A stretch of DNA of 44,825 bases from Escherichia phage Gluttony_ev152, in sequence record NC_073087.1; one strand, given 5' to 3'. A program made the translations under genes and the position numbers. Below the pieces are notes generated by a model. That model was not told the origin of the DNA. It saw only the letters and a program-made list of their open reading frames with translations, and made no database searches. Position 1 is the stretch's first letter. Every line of letters starts with the position of its first letter. Positions 1 through 8,634 of the stretch are shown piece by piece.

Positions 1-381
1 CTCGCGAGCGCAACGCGCCTCAACCAGTCCGCGACGGATGCCGCTGGTGGCTTTTACCTCATAGGTCCAGACGGCATCGATCACATGCTCGCGGAAGTCG
101 GGGCCGGACTTTACCTTGCGCTTGCCGACCATGATGATATCGCCGCGGTCGATGGTATTGGCGCTAAACAAGCCGGTACGCATTAGTAAGCCTTGCGGTA
201 TGCAACTACGCCCGCCCGCCTGCCCCTCAAGGTACATACCTGCAAACATCTCGCCCAGAACACCGACAAGACGGCTTTGCTTGCACGCGTCAGACTTTAA
301 GCGCCACTGGTCAAACTCGATGCTTGCTATCATCGCCGCCAGGTGGAATTGTTTACCGGATATTTCATATTCGCCGTACAT
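1..381 (-). CDS. hypothetical protein, 3' end truncated by window edge
   Basis: Minus-strand frame open from ATG at 379-381 to position 1 (begins MYGEYEISGKQFHLAAMIAS); not in supplied track; the + strand ORF 116..421 lies antisense to it. No family recognised. Confidence 0.45.
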   Translation of the reverse strand, partial: MYGEYEISGKQFHLAAMIASIEFDQWRLKSDACKQSRLVGVLGEMFAGMYLEGQAGGRSCIPQGLLMRTGLFSANTIDRGDIIMVGKRKVKSGPDFREHVIDAVWTYEVKATSGIRRGLVEARCARE

Positions 382-423
382 CGTGTGGTCCTCATTGATG
401 CGGGCCGAAGCCCGCGATTAGAA

Positions 424-918
424 TTATTTCAGTGCGCTACGTACCAGTGTTTTTTCCATGTTGCGGAAGTCTTCCGGCGTCATGAGGATTTTGGATCCGT
501 CTTCGCCGGTGAGCACGACCATAGGCTGGACGTCCTGGGCTACAACTCCGAAATTGGCGGCATTGAAATTAGTGGCTTTGATCTTGATAGGCCAACCTTT
601 AAGGCTGTCGTATTGAGCTGCCGTTGTATCGATCTGAATCTCATCATGCACGGTCATGTAAGACTCGCCCAGCAGGGCGGCATACGCCACCAGGTCCACG
701 ATGTTATCTTCCTGGTGTTTACGGTGCTGGCGTACCAGCTTTAGGCAGATCAAGAAGTTCCAGGCTTCTTGCTCGGTCAGGTCGCGACCGGTAAGCGCGT
801 TAAACACGGCGGCAATTTGTTTCGCGCTGCGTTCCTCTTTCGCGTTGTCATAGCCGTTTTCTTTCCCGCGCTGTTCCATAGTGGTGGCGGCGTTTTTGCA
901 GTATTCGTATGCTTTCAT
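424..918 (-). CDS. hypothetical protein (164 aa)
   Basis: Track ORF; ATG start; promoter-like TTGCAA-N18-TATAGT upstream on minus strand (965-994). Function unknown. Confidence 0.65.
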   Translation of the reverse strand: MKAYEYCKNAATTMEQRGKENGYDNAKEERSAKQIAAVFNALTGRDLTEQEAWNFLICLKLVRQHRKHQEDNIVDLVAYAALLGESYMTVHDEIQIDTTAAQYDSLKGWPIKIKATNFNAANFGVVAQDVQPMVVLTGEDGSKILMTPEDFRNMEKTLVRSALK

Positions 919-964
919 GATGTGGTCCTGTTTATGGGAGGCCGTATTGCCTCCCGACGCGTTA

Positions 965-994
965 ACTATAGTGCAACCAACCTATTGGTTGCAA
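965..994 (-). promoter_or_regulatory. sigma70-like promoter candidate, TTGCAA-N18-TATAGT (minus strand)
   Basis: Minus-strand -35 TTGCAA (989-994) and -10 TATAGT (965-970), 18-nt spacer ending in TTGGTTGCAC. Confidence 0.5.
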
Positions 995-1452
995 GTGAAT
1001 TTTGCAACGTTTATTGAGTAAATTTTCGGGACCAAATCACCACACGCCCGACGAATTGCCGCGATGTTCTTCGGACAGTCTTCAATGATGACCAGTTCCG
1101 ACACGTCCGCATAGCAGACCATTTTGAAAACGGCGCACGCCTTAAACTCAGGCGGCGGGGTGTCGTCCAGCATGTGGCGCATGAACAATCGACCTACGGG
1201 GAAGACCTCCAATTGCTCGGCGGTGGTGTCCCAACATTCGCGCTGCCGGTTGGTCAGATACGCGATCTCGAAGCCTTGCTCTTTGTACATGCGCAGCAGC
1301 GGCAGCATATCCATGTTCAGATCTTCGCGGACGTGCGCTTTGTGCCACTTCGCCCAGAAGGTTGATTTCGTTTTTATCCCCGGCACCAGGTCGGCACGCG
1401 CATCGCTTGAGCCGTTAATAACGCCATCCAAATCGCAAATCAGTAATTTCAT
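982..1452 (-). CDS. HAD-superfamily hydrolase/phosphatase-like protein
   Basis: N-terminal LICDLDGV (DxDGV-type HAD motif I) in 156-aa track ORF; co-oriented with replication module. Confidence 0.7.
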   Translation of the reverse strand: MKLLICDLDGVINGSSDARADLVPGIKTKSTFWAKWHKAHVREDLNMDMLPLLRMYKEQGFEIAYLTNRQRECWDTTAEQLEVFPVGRLFMRHMLDDTPPPEFKACAVFKMVCYADVSELVIIEDCPKNIAAIRRACGDLVPKIYSINVAKFTCNQ

Positions 1453-1673
1453 TTTAAACTCTCAATAAGGGTGTAACGGGCGCTTCGCGCAGTAAAGGAG
1501 TTGCACACGAAATGGCAACGCTGAGTCATGACAAGCCAACCGGTGAGGTCAAGGCCCAGGATGTATTCGGGGCGAGACGCGCGCACCACACGATTGCGTC
1601 GCGGGTCAATACCGTAGTCTTTTTGCATTTGGTCTACTACCGCGGGGTCGCGGTCAACGATTAAGATATTCAA
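1449..1673 (-). CDS. hypothetical protein (74 aa)
   Basis: Track ORF overlapping neighbours by a few nt in an operon-like arrangement; no motif recognised. Confidence 0.45.
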   Translation of the reverse strand: MNILIVDRDPAVVDQMQKDYGIDPRRNRVVRASRPEYILGLDLTGWLVMTQRCHFVCNSFTARSARYTLIESLK

Positions 1674-2139
1674 GGAGTTCTCCTTCGCTCATTATTTCAA
1701 TTTGTGCGCTGCCGATGGGCGGCGCTTCGTCAAATATTATCAATTGCTGGCATTTGTTATTGCTCGGCCCGACTTCACCGGTGACGGCGTGAATGAATCT
1801 AATCCGCCAGTCCAGAAGAATTATCAGGTTTGCAGTCTTCCGGGCCAGCCTCGCCCACTTCGTCGACGTGTCCTGATTCAGCAGCATGACAGTCCGGCGT
1901 CCGTGCGCTGCGCACTCTACCCACGGCAGCGGATCGGAATACGGCGGATTGCACCACTTCCACCCTTTCAACTCGGACCAGTCCACATCAAGCGCGCTGT
2001 GTTCCGCCGTGAAGTAACGCGGTAGCAGGTGGTTTGCATCGCTTGCCGCCATATCGTAACGGAATCGGTACTTCCGACGAAGCGGTTTAAATAAAGCTGG
2101 CGGCGTGCGCCAGCTATCTTTTTGCTCACTCTTCTGCAT
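1654..2139 (-). CDS. DNA N6-adenine methyltransferase (phage Dam family)
   Basis: DSWRTP near N-terminus and NPPYS catalytic motif, hallmark of phage Dam-type MTases; 161 aa. Confidence 0.8.
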   Translation of the reverse strand: MQKSEQKDSWRTPPALFKPLRRKYRFRYDMAASDANHLLPRYFTAEHSALDVDWSELKGWKWCNPPYSDPLPWVECAAHGRRTVMLLNQDTSTKWARLARKTANLIILLDWRIRFIHAVTGEVGPSNNKCQQLIIFDEAPPIGSAQIEIMSEGELLEYLNR

Positions 2140-2584
2140 GATCTGGGTCTATCGCATACAGGGCAATTTTCTTGTCGCTGGACAGAACGCGCCGGACTCG
2201 GGCCATATCCGCCGGACCCAGCGGTCGGCCATCGGAATAGTAGCTGCCGTTCGCACGCCACGCTATCAGCACCAGGTCTTTCCGGTCGATCTTAGACTGG
2301 CGGCCCTTCGGGCGCACGTACGCCTCGGCCCGTTTGCAATGCTCGCGCAAACCTTCGGCTGTGAGTCGATTTAGTGCGACGGTGGTTGTGTACCCGGTGC
2401 GCTGCATAATACCCATCAACTCATACAGCAGATCGAAGCGCTCCTCTAATTCCTTGCGCGCCTTCTCCTCGCCTTCATAGCTCGCCAGGTAGGTGTCTGC
2501 CAGCGCGCTAACACGTTCGACCTGTTCGCGGGCTTCGAGGCATTGCGCGGCCCAGTAATTTTTCTCTTCTTGTAAAATTTTCAT
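2126..2584 (-). CDS. hypothetical protein (152 aa)
   Basis: Track ORF, tight coupling with flanking minus-strand genes. Confidence 0.55.
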   Translation of the reverse strand: MKILQEEKNYWAAQCLEAREQVERVSALADTYLASYEGEEKARKELEERFDLLYELMGIMQRTGYTTTVALNRLTAEGLREHCKRAEAYVRPKGRQSKIDRKDLVLIAWRANGSYYSDGRPLGPADMARVRRVLSSDKKIALYAIDPDHAEE

Positions 2585-2827
2585 TTATTTAATCTCCGTA
2601 GTGCGGATTTCCTTGCGAGGAATAAATTTGCCGTCTTTCTCGACCCAGCAAGTTCCGTAACGCCATTGGGTATTACGGCCTGTTTGCTCGACATATACGG
2701 TCTTGCATTCGTAGCGTTCCGTGTAGTAAATAGCCGCGGTAGGTACGAAAATACAAACGGCGATCATGAGGGTGAGTATCACCCAAAATCGAAGGTCGCC
2801 GTCGTAGTCGAAAAATAATGATTTCAT
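2585..2827 (-). CDS. small membrane protein
   Basis: Internal ATG (M15 of track ORF 2585..2869) preceded by GGAGA at proper spacing; hydrophobic segment WVILTLMIAVCIFVPTAAIYY. Confidence 0.5.
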   Translation of the reverse strand: MKSLFFDYDGDLRFWVILTLMIAVCIFVPTAAIYYTERYECKTVYVEQTGRNTQWRYGTCWVEKDGKFIPRKEIRTTEIK

Positions 2828-2871
2828 CGTGTTGTCTCCAGGTATTAAAAAGGGCGTCCAACCGGACACCC

Positions 2872-2900
2872 TTAAGATAATGCAACCAATCTAATTATGC
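2872..2900 (-). terminator. putative intrinsic terminator (minus strand)
   Basis: Forward AAAAAGGGCGTCCAACCGGACACCCTT; on minus strand a GC hairpin followed by T-run, downstream of gene ending at 2908. Confidence 0.4.
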
Positions 2901-2907
2901 AACCAAT

Positions 2908-3231
2908 TTACGAATAAAAATTTGGGTCGCGTGCAACGTCTACCAGATACAGATTGCTGATTCGGTTGCCGTAGTGGCCTGGTGTTCGCTGGCGGCACAC
3001 AACGGCGTAGCCTGGAGGAATTGTATTGCCGGTCGCGATAATCCACGCCACGCGTGCGCCCGATAGAGTTTTGCCGTTGCATTCGATGCGCGTTCCGCCA
3101 TCGGCAGTGTTAAGGTTGCCGATTTTGCAGCCGGTGGACTTCAGACGAATGACGCCGGTTTTGCTGTCGTAGGAGAATAACTGGTTAGTCATTGCAACCG
3201 AAAAATCAATGGCTTCGAATGTAGTATTCAT
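2908..3231 (-). CDS. putative AP2/HNH-associated DNA-binding protein
   Basis: IECNGKTLSGARVAWIIATG resembles the G-K-x-AHR-AW-x-G pattern of phage AP2-domain/HNH homing-endonuclease accessory domains; by eye only. Confidence 0.4.
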   Translation of the reverse strand: MNTTFEAIDFSVAMTNQLFSYDSKTGVIRLKSTGCKIGNLNTADGGTRIECNGKTLSGARVAWIIATGNTIPPGYAVVCRQRTPGHYGNRISNLYLVDVARDPNFYS

Positions 3232-3938
3232 TTTAAATTTTCCTCATTGACCGCTATCGCGAAGCCGCGCGGGGTGAGCGACCGGATTAATTTTGTGCGT
3301 GCTGATTTGCCTCCGAGGCGACTATACTGCTTCGAGTACCCTTTTTCAACGAAAACAGGTTTCTTCTCTGGCATACGGAAGCCGTTGCCGGTCCATAAGC
3401 AGGTCAGCTTCGGATATGAATCGCGGGCGTTGATGTATTCCGGGAAGAGCGGGTGTACGTCATCCTCCGGCAGATATCCCCCATACTCCCACGGGTCGAA
3501 TGAGTGATCCGGCTTGCGCCACTGGGTGGAAAGCACACTGCGCGGATTCTCAATCATATATGGCACTTCGAAGAAGTCACCCAGGTAAGCGGCGATCTTC
3601 GCGGTGCGCACCGCCTTAAGCTGAAAGGCTGGGTCTTTAGCTCGCTTGCGCGGGAAAGCGGGCGCACCGCTCACTGCCAGATCCGTGCACGGAGGAAACG
3701 CATAGATGATATCTGGCGTACCGAAATCGCCATTCATCGCACGGTCTACAAAGTCCAGATCGATAAACTCATTGCGATACCGGATTCCGCGACCATAAAT
3801 CCGGTAGTCAAGGTAAGACCCGTGGTCGGCTTCGGAGTAGTTGAAGCAATAACACTTATGCCCCATCTCGGCAGCACGCTCAATCATCAAGCCGCTGCCG
3901 TCAAACAATGACCAGATTGTCATTTTAGCAATAGTCAT
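3228..3938 (-). CDS. putative DNA methyltransferase (C5-cytosine-like)
   Basis: LFDGSG (SAM-binding FxGxG-like) and FPPCTDLAVSG (PC catalytic-type motif) plus ENPR; 236 aa is short for a canonical C5-MTase, so the assignment is tentative. Confidence 0.5.
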   Translation of the reverse strand: MTIAKMTIWSLFDGSGLMIERAAEMGHKCYCFNYSEADHGSYLDYRIYGRGIRYRNEFIDLDFVDRAMNGDFGTPDIIYAFPPCTDLAVSGAPAFPRKRAKDPAFQLKAVRTAKIAAYLGDFFEVPYMIENPRSVLSTQWRKPDHSFDPWEYGGYLPEDDVHPLFPEYINARDSYPKLTCLWTGNGFRMPEKKPVFVEKGYSKQYSRLGGKSARTKLIRSLTPRGFAIAVNEENLK

Positions 3939-5359
3939 TTGCGCGCCTTTTTAGCTTTCATGTATTCCATCAAGTCGTCCTGTATATCTTGCTTACTGTC
4001 GCGACGCTCGGCGACCAATTCGTCCAGTGTCCCGCGCGCCTGGATAATGTAGACGAATACCGGTCGAGGGTGTCCGGCCTGCATCTGGCGAACCGGCCCG
4101 ATACGTTCAACGATCTGCGAAAAGTGCTCAAAGTTCCAGGTATCGGAGAAGATTGCCAGGTGATGTCCGCCGTCCTGCAAGTTAAGGCCGTGGCCTGCCG
4201 ATGCCGGGTGTGCAAACATGATGGGGATCTCGCCTCTGTTCCACGCTTCCATATCCTTATTGCCCTGCTTACCCTTACCCAACGCGACGCCGTGCGGAAA
4301 TTTCTTCTTAAGACGTGCCAGGTCATGCTTATACTGATACGCAACGAGCAACGGCGCGCCGTTCAACTCCTCCACGATACTTTCCAGCGCGTCCAGTTTG
4401 GCGTCGTGAATCTTCACCCACTCGTCGGTCCTTTCGCCGTCTTCGTCCACCTTATACACAGCGCCGGAAGCAAGCTGAAGGCACTTAATTGTCTTAGATG
4501 CCGCGTTCGCCGCTTCCACTGTTCCGCTTTCCAGTTCGGCGAATAGCTCCGCTTCGAACTGGTCATAAATCTTGCGGGCTTTCTTCGGCAGGTCCACAAC
4601 AACAGGCGTATAGATTGGCTTGTCGCACCCGAAGTATTCAGCCGCGTCAACGGTGAGGGATACATCTGACAGACGTTGTTGTATTTCTTTCTCGGAGTTC
4701 TTTAGCGGGGCGTGCTGCATAGTGAAGCTGCCAGGCTTAACCGGCTTGCTAATGAACCAGCGATCGGTAAATGCCTTATAGCTACTGCCGAGGCGTTCGC
4801 CACCGTCGACAAACCACGTCTGACCCCATAAGTCTTTAAGCCCGTTTGGCGCTGGTGTGCCGGTAAGGTTAATCCAGCGCTTGACGTGTTTATGTGCAAT
4901 CGCTGCCAGTGCGCGGGCGCGCTTGCTCCCCTGCTTGCTACGATAGCCTTTCAGCTTAGTCGATTCATCGGCAACAACGACCGTAAAGGGCCACGCATCG
5001 CCGTAATAGTCGACCAGCCACTCAACCACATCGTAGTTAACACAAACCACGTTAGCGTCGCTCTCAAGCGCGGCAATACGGTACTTCTCCGGTCCGGTGC
5101 CGTCTACGACCAGCAGGGATGAGAACCGCCATTTCTCCTGTTCCGGGGGCCATGTACCCGACGCAACACGCAGCGGGGCCAGCACCAGTACGCGGTCCTC
5201 ATGATGGGACAGGACGCCAGTCTGGAACATTTTATTCAGCGCCCACATTGTCGCGCCGGTTTTACCGGATCCCATTGTCGCCCAGATATTACATCGCTTA
5301 TGCTTGAGGATGAACGCGGTTATCAACTTCTGATATTCGCGGCGTCGGAATCTTGCCAT
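3935..5359 (-). CDS. SNF2-family (DEAD/DEAH-like) helicase
   Basis: Walker A GSGKTG, DExx-type VVADEST, LTGTPAPN motif typical of SNF2 helicases; start set at internal ATG (M31 of track ORF) abutting upstream stop. Confidence 0.8.
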   Translation of the reverse strand: MARFRRREYQKLITAFILKHKRCNIWATMGSGKTGATMWALNKMFQTGVLSHHEDRVLVLAPLRVASGTWPPEQEKWRFSSLLVVDGTGPEKYRIAALESDANVVCVNYDVVEWLVDYYGDAWPFTVVVADESTKLKGYRSKQGSKRARALAAIAHKHVKRWINLTGTPAPNGLKDLWGQTWFVDGGERLGSSYKAFTDRWFISKPVKPGSFTMQHAPLKNSEKEIQQRLSDVSLTVDAAEYFGCDKPIYTPVVVDLPKKARKIYDQFEAELFAELESGTVEAANAASKTIKCLQLASGAVYKVDEDGERTDEWVKIHDAKLDALESIVEELNGAPLLVAYQYKHDLARLKKKFPHGVALGKGKQGNKDMEAWNRGEIPIMFAHPASAGHGLNLQDGGHHLAIFSDTWNFEHFSQIVERIGPVRQMQAGHPRPVFVYIIQARGTLDELVAERRDSKQDIQDDLMEYMKAKKARK

Positions 5360-5363
5360 GTCG

Positions 5364-5582
5364 TTATTCCGCCTTTTTCCAGACTTCGGTTTCACTGTTC
5401 CAGTTCCTTTTTGTAGCGTCGTAGTTGGTGGCGTGTCCGATGTGCACACCGGTAGCCCGGAAGCTCTTAAATTTTTGCCAGCACACCGTCAACGGCAGCG
5501 GATCATTCATGCCCGCGATAAACCATACGCGATCGCCCGGTTTACATTCGCCCAGCTTGGTGAGTCGGTAATGTTCTTTCAT
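5364..5582 (-). CDS. hypothetical protein
   Basis: Track ORF 5364..5597 begins at a TTG; ATG at 5582 has GGGAGA 7 nt upstream. Confidence 0.45.
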   Translation of the reverse strand: MKEHYRLTKLGECKPGDRVWFIAGMNDPLPLTVCWQKFKSFRATGVHIGHATNYDATKRNWNSETEVWKKAE

Positions 5583-5625
5583 CGTCATGTCTCCCAAAAA
5601 TGGCGGGACAAGCCCGCCGTATTAA

Positions 5626-5799
5626 TTATTTTTGTTCTGCACGGTAGCGGCGCTGCCGTTCGCGCTCTTTCTTATTGCGGCACGATTTGCACTCTGCCCG
5701 ATACCCGTCTGGACTGCGCGCAGTCTTACCGGTGTATTTGTGGAACTGGGATAGCGGCTTTACACAGCCGCAATTACTACAACGTTTTTCTTCAATCAT
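5626..5799 (-). CDS. small zinc-ribbon protein
   Basis: CSNCGC ... CKSCRN (two CxxC pairs) in a 57-aa product starting at internal ATG with AGGA RBS. Confidence 0.45.
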   Translation of the reverse strand: MIEEKRCSNCGCVKPLSQFHKYTGKTARSPDGYRAECKSCRNKKERERQRRYRAEQK

Positions 5800-5839
5800 C
5801 TCTAAAATCCTCGATGTGGCTAACCGGCACACTATACCG

Positions 5840-6118
5840 CTATGCGACCAATTCAGCAACCAATAAATCGCAGTCGGATATGTTGTCGATAACGCGAACG
5901 TCAGCACCGCGGCGGGCCATTCGATCATGTTCACGTACCTGGTGCGGCTTAGGTTTTCCTCCGGGGCGCTTCACTTCGACGAACACTATTTTGCCGTTGA
6001 TGATAATAATCAGGTCGGGCGCACCCGCGCGCCCCTCCCATGCCAGTTTTCGGCAGAATCCGCCGACCTCTTTCACCCGTTTCATCAGGTGACTTTGAAT
6101 CTTGCCTTCTGGTGTCAT
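5840..6118 (-). CDS. VRR-NUC domain nuclease
   Basis: PDLIIIINGKIVFVEVKRPGG fits the PD-(D/E)XK VRR-NUC signature; ATG overlaps the polymerase stop (TAATG). Confidence 0.65.
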   Translation of the reverse strand: MTPEGKIQSHLMKRVKEVGGFCRKLAWEGRAGAPDLIIIINGKIVFVEVKRPGGKPKPHQVREHDRMARRGADVRVIDNISDCDLLVAELVA

Positions 6119-8409
6119 TACTTCCTGTACCTGTACATGATGTCGCCTTCGGCGGCAAGTGGGAAGCCCTTCGCCCAAATAGGCAGGTCGCACATCAGCG
6201 CGCAAAGCTCCTCGGTCGTGTAGTCGTCAGTATCCGGCACTTCGGTGATCAATTCATCATGCACCGACAGGACGATTTTATACCCCGCAGCTTCAACGCC
6301 AGGCATGGACCACGCGAGAATATCGCGACACAACGCCTGTACGATGTTCTCCGTCAGTTTGCCGCCGTAGGTATACTGGAATCCCCACTGGCGCGTCGTC
6401 TGATTCTCGCCCTGATATTTAATGCGTGTGCTGGTGCGCTTCTTGCCGGTGTCTTCGTCAATCTCGGTAGTGACAGACAGCGCGATGCCGGGGTAGCTCA
6501 TGATGCGCCCCGACGGCAACTCAATTTTCAACCACCACCCCGCGGCGTCCGGGTCGTCGCGCTCCTCGTCGAAGGTTGGGTCGTGCTTCGCCTTCGTACG
6601 GACAATCTTGAGCGCTTTTCTACCGTCCGGGCGAACGTTCGCGCCAGCCCAGTATGCTTTGCCAGGATTGCGGATTGCACACAACACCGCGTCCTCAAGC
6701 TCGGCCCAAAAGGCTACCGTCTTCGGGTGCGCCTCACGCCACATACGTTTGATTGCGTCACAAGTAAGCCATACGTTTTTCGGCAGTATGTATGTTGGGC
6801 GCTCGTCTTTCTTACCTGGCTTCGGCGGGCGTTTCGCTTCGTTAATGCGGGCGTACTCATAGCCGCGTTTCGCCGCCGCCCAAATGTGATCCGGGAACGT
6901 GCCTTTCATCACGTCCGCCATAGTGTAAAGGTCGAGGCCCAGGTTTTTAGCGAACTGCAAGAACGCCGCGACGCCGCCACCATAGCCCAGTCCCAATTCG
7001 CACGCCTTACCAATCTGGCGTAAGTCCTTGCGGTTGGCTTTAATGTAATCCGGGTCGAGGCCGAACATCTTACCGGCAGTCTCGCAATAGATATCGCGAC
7101 CGGCCTTAAAGACCATTAACGCTGTTTTCTCGCCAGCGATCCAGGCAAGGCCGCGCCCTTCCACGTTGGAGTAGTCAGCTACGACAAACTTCTTGCCCTT
7201 TGCAGGGATGATGCACCCGCGAACGGTCGAGGCTGTCAGCTTCGATATGTCATACGCCCAGTGCGCTTTCCCACGTAACAGGGAGTTGATTCCGTTGGTG
7301 AGCATGTGCGACCGGACCCAAAAAGCGACGTCGCTCTCGCCTTCGCGGCGCTTAATCTTCCCTTCGTGGTCGTCGCTGTACTCGCCGCGTGCCAGGTTTT
7401 GAGGTTGAAAGCCTTTACCGGCCCAGCGTAGCGTGCGCTTTGCCCCACCATACTGAAGACAACCACGGCGGCGACCATCGGCGGACAGGCCATTGACAAG
7501 CGGATTGTATTTAGTAGATGCCGTTGATGACGCACCGAGGCGCATTTCGATAAGCGCTTTGCCCTCGTCCGGGAAGTCCGGGTCTTCCAGTAGGTCGTTT
7601 AGCGTGGATTTCTGCGCGTTGTGTATCGTGAATGCTGGCGCAATATCACGCAGGATTGGCAGGAAGTCATTGCCGGTCAGCTTACCGCCAAACCGCTCCC
7701 AGGCTTCTTCCTTCAATTCTTCCTTATGCGCCTGCACCGCTTTGATCGCGGCGTTCGCCAGGTCAACGTCAACGTAGAAGCCGCGGTCGTTAATCAACTG
7801 GTCGATGAGCAGGATTTCATCTTCCTTTGGTGAGTTGCCCCAGTCCGGTATGCGCCAGTAGACTTCACGCATGGCAACAATATCCAGCGCGGCATAGCGC
7901 AAGAATTTGGCCCATTCTTCGGGGTGCGTCTCGCGTGTGTAGCGGCGGATTTTGTAGGTCTTAGGGGTGGGCTTACAGAATCGTTTAATCAGCGCCTTGC
8001 CTGCCTTATCCTTCGCGTGCTCTGCGTCAACGCCCAGCACCTGGCACTGCATATCGAGGCTACCGGGCAGCGCGTGGCGAAAGGCCATAATCATGGTGTC
8101 TTCGATCTGGCTTACCGGCAGGTCAATACCCCACTTCTCGCGAATAACCAGGCGGTCAAACAGTAGGCCGTTAGCCATCACGATTTTTGCTTTCTTGCGG
8201 GATACATGGCGGAGCGCTTTGCGCAGTTCACGCGGCATTGTGGGGGATTCAGTGCAATCCCATGTCTGCACGCGGCCCTCGTCGATGGCGTATGTGCAAA
8301 TCATAATCTCGGTGGTTGGGTGCTCTGCGTAGGCGTACGCCCCAACTTTCTTCAGGTCCACCCCGCTAAATGTCTCGGTGTCGAGAAACAGGCGTTCGAA
8401 GTCTTTCAT
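6118..8409 (-). CDS. DNA polymerase, family A (PolI-like) with 3'-5' exonuclease domain
   Basis: 763-aa ORF; N-terminal LFLDTETF exo motif; C-terminal SVHDELITEV polymerase motif; largest minus-strand gene. Confidence 0.9.
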   Translation of the reverse strand: MKDFERLFLDTETFSGVDLKKVGAYAYAEHPTTEIMICTYAIDEGRVQTWDCTESPTMPRELRKALRHVSRKKAKIVMANGLLFDRLVIREKWGIDLPVSQIEDTMIMAFRHALPGSLDMQCQVLGVDAEHAKDKAGKALIKRFCKPTPKTYKIRRYTRETHPEEWAKFLRYAALDIVAMREVYWRIPDWGNSPKEDEILLIDQLINDRGFYVDVDLANAAIKAVQAHKEELKEEAWERFGGKLTGNDFLPILRDIAPAFTIHNAQKSTLNDLLEDPDFPDEGKALIEMRLGASSTASTKYNPLVNGLSADGRRRGCLQYGGAKRTLRWAGKGFQPQNLARGEYSDDHEGKIKRREGESDVAFWVRSHMLTNGINSLLRGKAHWAYDISKLTASTVRGCIIPAKGKKFVVADYSNVEGRGLAWIAGEKTALMVFKAGRDIYCETAGKMFGLDPDYIKANRKDLRQIGKACELGLGYGGGVAAFLQFAKNLGLDLYTMADVMKGTFPDHIWAAAKRGYEYARINEAKRPPKPGKKDERPTYILPKNVWLTCDAIKRMWREAHPKTVAFWAELEDAVLCAIRNPGKAYWAGANVRPDGRKALKIVRTKAKHDPTFDEERDDPDAAGWWLKIELPSGRIMSYPGIALSVTTEIDEDTGKKRTSTRIKYQGENQTTRQWGFQYTYGGKLTENIVQALCRDILAWSMPGVEAAGYKIVLSVHDELITEVPDTDDYTTEELCALMCDLPIWAKGFPLAAEGDIMYRYRK

Positions 8410-8591
8410 TGCTTTATCCTCACTACGGCGTCAGCGCTGCCGATCATGGCGAAGATGCCGTCTGACAGGGCGATCTCTTCGCCGTTGTTGCGAATCTCGG
8501 CAACTGTGAAATATTCCCCCAGTAGCTTGGACCATACTTGCATTCCGACTTTTACTTCGCTGGCTTTAATACGCATTTTTCATTGTCCTAT

Positions 8592-8617
8592 TAAAAAGCC
8601 CGCTTAATGCGGGCTTG
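8592..8617 (-). terminator. intrinsic terminator (minus strand)
   Basis: Forward AAAAAGCCCGCTTAATGCGGGCTT; minus-strand hairpin GCCCGC/GCGGGC plus T-run after SSB-like gene. Confidence 0.6.
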
Positions 8618-8634
8618 AATAGTGGGCTTTGCCC

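Noticed and set aside
116-744. Plus-strand track ORFs 116..421 and 343..744
   Set aside because: Both lie antisense to better-supported minus-strand genes (1..381 and 424..918) in a uniformly leftward operon, and have no RBS.
6040-7023. 327-aa plus-strand ORF and other long antisense ORFs inside the DNA polymerase gene
   Set aside because: Entirely embedded antisense in the 763-aa polymerase ORF, which has clear family-A motifs; such shadow ORFs are expected in GC-rich coding sequence.
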